From the NCBI GenBank assembly GCA_035480775.1, contig DATIHK010000028.1, positions 1 to 37,495 of the forward strand: DNA of 37,495 nt, in the 5' to 3' direction. This DNA is from Candidatus Saccharimonadales bacterium. GTDB taxonomy: Bacteria; Patescibacteriota; WWE3; UBA101185; UBA10185. Shown here in pieces: positions 25,644 to 32,947 of this stretch. How positions within the stretch are numbered: position 1 is the first letter of the stretch; the number at the start of each line of letters is the position of its first letter. A program made the translations under genes and the position numbers. The notes under the pieces were generated by a model. It did not search any database and was not told the origin of the DNA. It saw nothing but the letters and a program-made list of their open reading frames with translations.

Positions 25644-25657
25644 GAAAACTTTAAGTG

Positions 25658-26206
25658 TTAATTTAAACTTTTAATATAGTCCAAGACTTCTTGAGGTGTA
25701 GTACAAATTTTTAAAAGATTGTCTTCTTGTTGAGTAAGTTCCATATTTTTGTGAACAAATTCCACAAATCCGTGCCAAAAATCACCAAATAAAACTATCG
25801 GTTTATAATCTGGATCGTGAATCCAAGAACTAATCCACGTCATTCCAAATTCACTAATTGTTCCTAAACTTCCGTTAAAAACTACATGAACATCCGAATT
25901 TTGCAACATTACTTTGGTGCGGTCAAAGTAATCTAAAGTTATAACTTCTTCATCAAAATCATTTGTTAAATCAACTCCTTCATAGTGGCGCTTTGGTTTA
26001 TTAGGGTGATAAGTTATTGCTAAAACTTTACCCCCGCCTTCGTGCGCACCAAGTGTAGAGGCTTTCATTACTCCAGGTCCACCACCATTAACTATTTCAT
26101 AACCACCTTGTGCCAGCAGTTTCGCAGTGAGAAAGGCGTCTTTATAAACTTGATTTTCGGGTTTCCAGGCTGCTCCACCTAGAAATGCCACTTTTTTAAT
26201 TTGCAT
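25658..26206 (-). CDS. LOG-family (TIGR00730) nucleotide phosphoribohydrolase
   Basis: VNGGGPGVMKA, and the PGGxGTxxE-like NGSLGTISEF. 182 aa. Confidence 0.85.
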   Translation of the reverse strand: MQIKKVAFLGGAAWKPENQVYKDAFLTAKLLAQGGYEIVNGGGPGVMKASTLGAHEGGGKVLAITYHPNKPKRHYEGVDLTNDFDEEVITLDYFDRTKVMLQNSDVHVVFNGSLGTISEFGMTWISSWIHDPDYKPIVLFGDFWHGFVEFVHKNMELTQQEDNLLKICTTPQEVLDYIKSLN

Positions 26207-26840
26207 AAAAGTTTTCTTCTACTTTCTTATATTTTTGAACAGCTTCTGCTGGATCTGCAGAGGCAAAAATATGCGAACCAATTACAGCACCCTTTGCCCC
26301 AGCTTTCAATATTTTTAATAAATTTTTTTCATCTAACCCGCCGTCTACTTGTATATACATATGTGGATGAGTTTTGTGGAGTTCTTTTATTTTGTTTACA
26401 ACGTGCTCATCAAAAGGCCTTCCTTGTTTACCAGGAATAACCGAAACAAATTGTACATAATCAATTTGGTCAAGATAGGGTTTTAGTTCAGTCACTAGAG
26501 TTTCTTCTTTTAGCGATAATCCAACTTTGTAAGCTAGTTTTTTAGCTTTTTGAATAAACATGTCTATGTGATGAGAATTTAATTCTATCTGCGTGCAGAC
26601 TTTTATTACTTTTCGTACTCGCTTTTCTACGAATTTACATGGATCGTTGACCATAAAATGAATTTCAAAAGCACAACTCGTTTCAATATCATCTAGTCCA
26701 GAAATGTCCATGCAGGTTGTGGAATCAACAAACTTTCCATCTGCAACATCAATGTGGACGAGTGTAGCTACATTTTCGACTTGTAGTATTTTAGTTCGTA
26801 TTTCTTCAAAATCTGTTTCTAAAATTGCAGGAACTATCAT
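26196..26840 (-). CDS. rpe: Ribulose-phosphate 3-epimerase
   Basis: MIVPAILETDF, HIDVADGKFV, HFMV and VDGG, the TIM-barrel Rpe pattern. 214 aa, next to rpiB. Confidence 0.8.
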   Translation of the reverse strand: MIVPAILETDFEEIRTKILQVENVATLVHIDVADGKFVDSTTCMDISGLDDIETSCAFEIHFMVNDPCKFVEKRVRKVIKVCTQIELNSHHIDMFIQKAKKLAYKVGLSLKEETLVTELKPYLDQIDYVQFVSVIPGKQGRPFDEHVVNKIKELHKTHPHMYIQVDGGLDEKNLLKILKAGAKGAVIGSHIFASADPAEAVQKYKKVEENFYAN

Positions 26841-27280
26841 AAGTTTTCTATCTGTTTAATTTTATTTAAGCGGCGCTTAAATCTGCTTTCCCCACTAAAA
26901 TTGGTTGTTAACCATGTTTGAACAATTTGTTTAGCTTTTTCAGAGTCTATATAATCCGCAGGAAGTGCTAACACATTGGTGTCATCGTCGTTGCGTGAAG
27001 AAGCTGCTTGCTTTGGATCAAAAGACAACACTGCTCTAATTCCATCAAATCGGTTTGCCATAATACTTACACCCACACCATTTCTGCAAATGAGTATCCC
27101 CTTATTATCTGGATTTTCTGAAACTTTTCTGACTAGAGGAACTGTATAGTCAGGAAAATCATCGTCGGGTACAAGTGTTTGCGGTCCGAGATCTACTACC
27201 TTCATATTTTTGGTATTTAAAAAATTTACTAAAGCGTTTTTTAAGTCAAAACCGCCATGATCAGAGCTTATATAGATCAT
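26837..27280 (-). CDS. rpiB: Ribose-5-phosphate isomerase B
   Basis: SSDHGGFDLK and ILICRNGVGVSIMANRFDGIRA motifs. 147 aa. Confidence 0.9.
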   Translation of the reverse strand: MIYISSDHGGFDLKNALVNFLNTKNMKVVDLGPQTLVPDDDFPDYTVPLVRKVSENPDNKGILICRNGVGVSIMANRFDGIRAVLSFDPKQAASSRNDDDTNVLALPADYIDSEKAKQIVQTWLTTNFSGESRFKRRLNKIKQIENL

Positions 27281-27701
27281 TTTTTCTCCACTTTAAAACA
27301 TTAACTATTGCGATCAAAGCAACAACCACTGCAGATCCTACGCACCAAAGACAAATTGCGTGAATAACAAAAACTTCTAGGTAGGTAAGATAGGTTGTAA
27401 ACACAAGTCCCCAAAGCATCAATAAATCTTTCGCTAAATGTAATTTTTTTAGATATTCAGATTTAGGATTGTGTTCGAGATAGTAGATTAATGCAAACAT
27501 AGCAAAATAATAAATAATCCCAAACGAGGCAACTGGGATTCCAAATACACTAGAATACTTACTATTTTGCACTTTGCTACAATCGCTGAATTCACCACAG
27601 ATAATAGTACTAGAAGTTAATTTTACGTAAGTTAGATAAAGTGAAATTAACACACCAATTATTGCTAACCCCATTATTATTTTATTTGCGTTTATTTTCA
27701 T
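27261..27701 (-). CDS. Vitamin K epoxide reductase (VKOR) family membrane protein
   Basis: 4 TM helices, a loop Cys pair CGEFSDC followed by SKYSSVFGIP, and the active-site CLWC in the last helix. Confidence 0.8.
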   Translation of the reverse strand: MKINANKIIMGLAIIGVLISLYLTYVKLTSSTIICGEFSDCSKVQNSKYSSVFGIPVASFGIIYYFAMFALIYYLEHNPKSEYLKKLHLAKDLLMLWGLVFTTYLTYLEVFVIHAICLWCVGSAVVVALIAIVNVLKWRKNDLYKL

Positions 27702-28389
27702 AAATTAGGAAGATAACTGAACCAAGTATGATCAGTATAGAAACAAGCTGCGCAACATTCAAGCCAATAATCTGCCACGGAGAAATTCGAAACTCTTCCA
27801 AAACTATTCTTATGCTTGAATAGCCTATTAAATACGATAGTGTTATAACTCCATTTTTTAACTTTTTGTGGCTCAACTGTCTTAAAAATATAAATAGTAG
27901 CAAATCTAAAATTGATTCATATAAAAACAAAGGGTGAAATCTGGCATTTTGATTTGTAATATAAATTCCCCAAGGAAGTGTAGTTTTTTTGCCATATAGT
28001 TCTTGATTAAAATAATTGCCCCATCTAGAAACGCTTTGAATAAAGGGAGCCCAAGCGGCTAATCTGTCTAGCCATTCTAAAATTGGTTCGTGTTTAAGTA
28101 TTAAATAAATTATGGCACCAGTAAGCCCAAAAATTATGCCACCTAGCACTCCAAGTCCGCCATTCCAAACTGCAAAAATTTGTAGCGGATTTAGCAGGTA
28201 ATAAGCGCGCAAATCTAACACATGATAAAGACGTGCTCCTAAAAGACCAGCTAAAATAGTCCAAAAGATTAACCCCCATAATGTATCTGGATTTTTATTC
28301 TCGTGCTTTATTTGTTTTTCTAGAAATAGTGCCGAAATTAGTATTGAGAATGCTATCAAAAGACCATACATCAGAAGATAAACAGGCAA
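27682..28389 (-). CDS. lgt: Prolipoprotein diacylglyceryl transferase
   Basis: GLLGARLYHV, WNGGLGVLGGIIFG and WGNYFNQELYGKKTTLPWGI motifs. Confidence 0.9.
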   Translation of the reverse strand: MPVYLLMYGLLIAFSILISALFLEKQIKHENKNPDTLWGLIFWTILAGLLGARLYHVLDLRAYYLLNPLQIFAVWNGGLGVLGGIIFGLTGAIIYLILKHEPILEWLDRLAAWAPFIQSVSRWGNYFNQELYGKKTTLPWGIYITNQNARFHPLFLYESILDLLLFIFLRQLSHKKLKNGVITLSYLIGYSSIRIVLEEFRISPWQIIGLNVAQLVSILIILGSVIFLIYENKRK

Positions 28390-28916
28390 TATAAAAATAT
28401 TAATACTAAGAAAAATTCGTAAATGTAGACGGCAGTCTTGCTTGGCTTAGATTTTAATGCCCAAAACCAGCTTTCATGACTGTTTTGCATAGTTTCTTCA
28501 TTTAATCTATATACAGAATTTACAAACGTAGACAAAACAAGTGCTTTTATAAAAATTCCAGTTGTAGAGGCGGTAACAAAAATTGCGGCTCCTGCCAAAA
28601 CAATTTGAAAAAGCAGGCTGCTTAAAATCTTATCTTGGATATCATTTTTATGATATTGGATAAATGCAATTGTATTCAAAAAATCTTTATGAGATATAAA
28701 CGCCCGTAGTGATTTTGAAAAATCTGCGTTTGGTTCCAGAAAATATGCGTAAATGTAATAGTCAAGATCTATAAAAAAAGTTCCTAAAAGTGTTCCTAAA
28801 ATAATAAAGGCAATTGTTAGTGGTTGCCTTTCGATTTTTAAAGCTATAAATACAACCCCGAGCGTCAAAGAAATTAACAACGGAATTTTATATACGTCCA
28901 GAATCTTTTTTAGCAT
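28371..28916 (-). CDS. Polytopic membrane protein, unknown function
   Basis: About 5 hydrophobic helices. 19-nt overlap with lgt. Confidence 0.55.
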   Translation of the reverse strand: MLKKILDVYKIPLLISLTLGVVFIALKIERQPLTIAFIILGTLLGTFFIDLDYYIYAYFLEPNADFSKSLRAFISHKDFLNTIAFIQYHKNDIQDKILSSLLFQIVLAGAAIFVTASTTGIFIKALVLSTFVNSVYRLNEETMQNSHESWFWALKSKPSKTAVYIYEFFLVLIFLYCLFIF

Positions 28917-28959
28917 TGTTAAAATTTTATCTTCTTTTGTGTTCTACAGCAAGAGACGA

Positions 28960-29244
28960 CTACTTAGCAGGTTGGACAACTACGGCTTTTTTAAGTTGAC
29001 TTAGCTTCCACATAAATAACTTACCTTTAGTTGTAGCATTTTCGGATCGCATAACATACTCGCGGGCGGCATCTAGCAAATTTCGATCTTCTAGTTTTGC
29101 GAGTCTTATATATAGCGCACGATGCGCAGAATCTCCAAACTCATCAGCAAGTCGATTGCCATAAGCCTGATACTCATATTTATTGTGTGAACGAACTGAT
29201 TTATTTATATTACGTGTTTTTAATAAGTCAGAAAGTTTATCCAT
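28960..29244 (-). CDS. Small hypothetical protein
   Basis: 94-aa basic/helical ORF in the same orientation as its neighbours. No motif recognised. Confidence 0.5.
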   Translation of the reverse strand: MDKLSDLLKTRNINKSVRSHNKYEYQAYGNRLADEFGDSAHRALYIRLAKLEDRNLLDAAREYVMRSENATTKGKLFMWKLSQLKKAVVVQPAK

Positions 29245-29280
29245 TTTTAATTTAAAAGAAAATACTCAAGGGGCAAATAA

Positions 29281-29643
29281 TTATGCTTTGTTTACTTGTT
29301 CGTGTGCGATTTTGCCTATGACAGGGAGTTCCCATTCCATTTTGTTGAAAGCTTTCCACATTAACAAAAACCAAACGACTAGTGTAGCAAGAGATACTAA
29401 TGGAGCAATCAAAAGACCTAAGACTGGAATAAGTCCTGCAACAAAGCCTATAACTAATGCAGCAACACTAAACAAGATAGATTGCATAGCGTGAAATCTT
29501 ACAAACTTATTATCTTTTTCGATTACCCAGAAAAGAACTCCTGTAAGAGGTCCTAAAAAGTAAGCCAAAGCACCAGCAATATTTGGTTCTAAACCTGTTC
29601 CTTTTGGTGAAGATTGCATTGGTTGTGTGTTATTTGGTTCCAT
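29281..29643 (-). CDS. DUF4870-like small membrane protein
   Basis: GALAYFLGPLTGVLFWVIEKDNKFVRFHAMQS is the DUF4870 signature. The start is uncertain (29643 or 29619); the track start 29697 lies deep inside the ligase gene. Confidence 0.7.
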   Translation of the reverse strand: MEPNNTQPMQSSPKGTGLEPNIAGALAYFLGPLTGVLFWVIEKDNKFVRFHAMQSILFSVAALVIGFVAGLIPVLGLLIAPLVSLATLVVWFLLMWKAFNKMEWELPVIGKIAHEQVNKA

Positions 29644-31423
29644 TGCTATTATAATACCCACGTTTCTGTAAATTATGCAAGCCCCAAATTTCCGCAACAG
29701 ATGTAGATTCTTGCGGTCGTTTGTCTGGTCTAAATTTAATTAATCTAGGAAATCTTAATGCAAATCCTGCACTATGTGTCGAAGATTTTGATATCTCATC
29801 TCCTCCAATTTCGACTACGATTTTTGGCTGAACCCAGACATCGGGAGAATAAAATTTATTTACGTCACTATTTTTAGGTTTGTCGTTTGTTTTTAATTTA
29901 TCAATTTGTTCACGTAATTTAACCCATTCTTCATCTGTTAAGCCCGATCCAACTTTGGTAAAAGTCTTATATGTATCAGTTTTTTCATCATAAACACCTA
30001 CTAAAAAGGTTCCAATGCCAAATTTATTGCGATTTCCCTTGCCAAACCAGTAACCTAAAATTACCACATCAATAGTGTCGTCGAGTAATTTTTGATCTGC
30101 TTTTTTATATTTAACCCAACTAAATGAGCGTGCCCCAGCTTGATATGGATCGGTTGGAGTTTTTAGCATCATACCTTCTAGGTTTTGTTCTTTGGCTTGT
30201 TCAAAAAAATCTTCTAAATCTTCGACCTTTGTGGTTTCGATGTGATAGCTGAGTTCAATAACTTTGTTTTCTTTGATAATTGATTTTAAAAGCTTTTGAC
30301 GATCTTGTAGGGACTTGTCCATCAATGATTCACCATTTAAGTAGAGTAAATCAAATACAAAATATCTCAGTGGAATTTCTTTGGCTATTTCGGCAATATC
30401 GTGCTTGCGTTTGCGCTGCATAATTTCTTGAAAAGGCAAAAACTCTCCACTTTCTTTGTTATATCCAATTGCTTCGCCATCTAAAATAACCGAATCAGCT
30501 TTTATATTTTTATCAGCAGCTTCAATCAAATCAGGAAACTGATGTGTGGAGTCTTCGAGATTGCGGGTATAAGTTTTTATAAAAATGTGTTCTTTTTGTT
30601 TGTCTGTTGCGAACAGGTCTTTTTGTGTTGAATCTTCTTTAATTTTTTTCTTACGATCTAGGTGAAGTTGAACACGTGTTCCGTCAAATTTAAACTCTGC
30701 CCAAACATTTCCCATTTTTTCGACTATTTCATCAATAGTTCCCAGACGCTGAGCTCTTTGTGGCAAGATAGGAACTCCAGTCTCAATTTTTACATTCTTG
30801 ATACCTTTTATTCCATCAGTTTTTAATTTAAGAGCAATCAGTCCTAAATCTGGGTGCATATTATATTTATCTTCTATTTGCTCAGAAAGTTTTTTGTCTC
30901 CCAAAAATTCTGCTAAAGCATTTATGATAGTTAACTCAGTAAATCCAAGTCTGGTAGTTCCTAAAACAATTCTGACTACAAACTTTGCCGATAATGCATC
31001 TAATTCCTTCAGTAAATTTGCAAGTTTTAAAACTTTTATCTCTTGTGAACCAGAACCTTCAATAACAGCTATTTCTAAAAGTTTTGTGTGAACTGCCGAA
31101 ATATCTAGTTTAGTTTTAGTTTCTGTTGGAGCTATTTGAAAGGTAACAGTACCTAAATCGCCTTCTTTTCCGTACATCTTTTCGACATCATCTTTATTTT
31201 TGTTATAGGCGCTAGATAGCACGCGAACAACCATTTTATCTGCCATATTAAATTTGGGATTTTCAAAAAGTGCTTTTAAACCTCCTTGAGACATGTAGAC
31301 AGCTTTATCTATTTCTTTTTCGCTAAGCTTATCCAATAATTCCGCGAGAATAGAGGTAATTTCAAGTCTTTTGGACGTGCTTTCTAAGCGTTGTAAATAT
31401 TGTGCAAAATCAGAAAATTTCAT
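29630..31423 (-). CDS. lig: ATP-dependent DNA ligase (archaeal/eukaryotic Lig1-like, three-domain)
   Basis: Adenylation motif I EFKFDGTRVQLH, motifs LDGEAI and FVFDLLYLNG, OB-fold region, and an N-terminal DNA-binding domain. 597 aa. TATAAT lies 7 nt upstream of the ATG. Confidence 0.92.
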   Translation of the reverse strand: MKFSDFAQYLQRLESTSKRLEITSILAELLDKLSEKEIDKAVYMSQGGLKALFENPKFNMADKMVVRVLSSAYNKNKDDVEKMYGKEGDLGTVTFQIAPTETKTKLDISAVHTKLLEIAVIEGSGSQEIKVLKLANLLKELDALSAKFVVRIVLGTTRLGFTELTIINALAEFLGDKKLSEQIEDKYNMHPDLGLIALKLKTDGIKGIKNVKIETGVPILPQRAQRLGTIDEIVEKMGNVWAEFKFDGTRVQLHLDRKKKIKEDSTQKDLFATDKQKEHIFIKTYTRNLEDSTHQFPDLIEAADKNIKADSVILDGEAIGYNKESGEFLPFQEIMQRKRKHDIAEIAKEIPLRYFVFDLLYLNGESLMDKSLQDRQKLLKSIIKENKVIELSYHIETTKVEDLEDFFEQAKEQNLEGMMLKTPTDPYQAGARSFSWVKYKKADQKLLDDTIDVVILGYWFGKGNRNKFGIGTFLVGVYDEKTDTYKTFTKVGSGLTDEEWVKLREQIDKLKTNDKPKNSDVNKFYSPDVWVQPKIVVEIGGDEISKSSTHSAGFALRFPRLIKFRPDKRPQESTSVAEIWGLHNLQKRGYYNSNGTK

Positions 31424-31521
31424 CTAGGTGATTATATAGCTCAAAGTGCTTTGCTCAAAATTTTGTGATATATTGCGTTTAGCCAAGACAGCCAAATCTT
31501 TATTATAATAAGGAGACAGCC

Positions 31522-31824
31522 ATGTTAGTGTTCTCGGCAGGAATTATAATTGGCGGTTTATGTGGATTTTTTGCCGGAGTTGCAACTTTGCACGAGGTAT
31601 TAAAATCGAATGGTTGGATAATCGGCGCAATTAAAGATTTTCGAAGCTCTATATATCCTCGAGACAATTTAGCTGAATGGTTTAATGGGCTTCCGGTCTA
31701 TCGCCGACTGCTAATTCTTTATTATGCCCGCTGGCCTAATTCCATCATGGATGTGGATCACAAAATGTATCCCGAAGCAGATCCAGTTCTCAAAGCTTTA
31801 GCTGCATCATTGAAAATCGACTGA
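31522..31824 (+). CDS. Hypothetical small membrane-anchored protein (cassette E ORFan)
   Basis: 100 aa, with AAGGAG at 31510-31515 and an N-terminal TM helix (LVFSAGIIIGGLCGFFAGV). G+C is 28/60 in 31681-31740. Confidence 0.55.
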   Translation: MLVFSAGIIIGGLCGFFAGVATLHEVLKSNGWIIGAIKDFRSSIYPRDNLAEWFNGLPVYRRLLILYYARWPNSIMDVDHKMYPEADPVLKALAASLKID

Positions 31825-31850
31825 GCTGTTCTGAGATTTCTTATTTTCTA

Positions 31851-31887
31851 CGCTCATACCAGCCTTTCGGCCGGGTGGGCGTTTTTT
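31851..31887 (+). terminator. Intrinsic terminator ending cassette E
   Basis: Long GC-rich stem cgctcatacc-agcc-tttc-ggcc-gggtgggcg followed by TTTTTT at 31882-31887. It abuts the convergent Fic-like stop. Confidence 0.6.
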
Positions 31888-32878
31888 AATGCAATTCGTA
31901 CCTCGAAGATTTTGTACTTCCAGTTTTGATAATAATTCCTTCATTTAGCAGCACTTTAAGATCTCGCAGAATTGAATCCTCAGATATTCCCGGAAAGAGC
32001 ACCGTAAAATCTTTGTTTTGCAAAAGTCCGTAATCTTGAAGATGTTCCACAATTCGTTCTTGGCGTTCGGTAAGTCGTGCCCGACCAGAAACTTTAGCAA
32101 CTTTGGTGTCTCGAGCAAGTAGCAAAACCTTATCTTTTATGTTTGATAACTCATCTGCCATTGTTTCAGTAAAAAACTCAAGCCAACGCGTCAGATCCGG
32201 CGAATTGTACATTAATGATTGAATAAGTTGTTCGTACATAAACTTTGAGTTGTAATAGTGAGGCTCAAGGCTAATAAAGTCTCTAATATCATAGCCATAG
32301 GCTTTTAACGATATCTGTGTGGCTAAATTCGAAATTATGTAGTTAGTTTTTTCAAATGGAATGACCATTTCTAGCCGTGCTTTTAATATTCCTGCCTTAA
32401 TAATTGGGTGAGTTTCCTGTGCGTCTAGGCTGTTGTACCAGTCAATTAGCTCTACCATTTCGGCTAAAATTTCTTCAGGATCTGTAGCGCCTTTTATCCG
32501 CCCGCTGCGATAAACTCCTACCTTACTTGTTGGAAGCAGATTTTGAGAAGCTGCCTTGTGAAGGTTTCTAAGATCTTGTTCGTCCAAATCCTTACTATTG
32601 CTTGTTGTGACAACCTCCTGTAAGGCATTGGTAAGGTTCAAAACCTCGGTTGGAAGCGACTTTTCGACGCCGTCTGCGATCTTTTTAACAGTTTCGTAAG
32701 GTAAGTTTAGCCCAAGAAACTGCCATGAAAAGGCTATAGTACGGGCTAAAGCTTCTTTTTCAAGCTGCTTTTCCCAGTGAGTTAGGATCGTGCTGTTTTC
32801 GATTAAAGCTTTACTATATTCGATACTAGCAATGTTTTTAAGGGTCTTTGAAGATATAGAATATTCAGGAATATACAT
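31886..32878 (-). CDS. Fic-fold protein with a degenerate active-site motif and a C-terminal winged helix
   Basis: HPIIKAGILKARLEMVIPFEKTNYIISNL aligns to the Fic core, but HxFx(D/E)GNGRxxR is replaced by IPFEKTNYIISN. The C-terminal wHTH is ERIVEHLQDYGLLQNKDF...LRDLKVLLNEGII. The start is 32878 (MYIPEY) or 32926. Confidence 0.7.
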   Translation of the reverse strand: MYIPEYSISSKTLKNIASIEYSKALIENSTILTHWEKQLEKEALARTIAFSWQFLGLNLPYETVKKIADGVEKSLPTEVLNLTNALQEVVTTSNSKDLDEQDLRNLHKAASQNLLPTSKVGVYRSGRIKGATDPEEILAEMVELIDWYNSLDAQETHPIIKAGILKARLEMVIPFEKTNYIISNLATQISLKAYGYDIRDFISLEPHYYNSKFMYEQLIQSLMYNSPDLTRWLEFFTETMADELSNIKDKVLLLARDTKVAKVSGRARLTERQERIVEHLQDYGLLQNKDFTVLFPGISEDSILRDLKVLLNEGIIIKTGSTKSSRYELH

Positions 32879-32947
32879 ATTTAGCCGTAGTTTGCACCTA
32901 GTGTGATGCTGGCATAATTCTCGCACATTTCCCGCAAGGGGTAAATG

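Noticed and set aside
25500-25661. A 53-aa plus-strand ORF (MPPALYFGLIAFDEV...) at the 3' end of the GC-rich unit.
   Set aside because: It has no SD. It also runs straight through both terminator hairpins and their T tracts and into the LOG gene stop region, so it is very unlikely to be translated.
31504-31509. TATAAT at 31504-31509 as the promoter -10 for the cassette E ORF.
   Set aside because: It lies only 12 nt from the ATG, so a transcript initiated from it would start inside or after the AAGGAG SD. The extended -10 at 31466-31474 is a better candidate.
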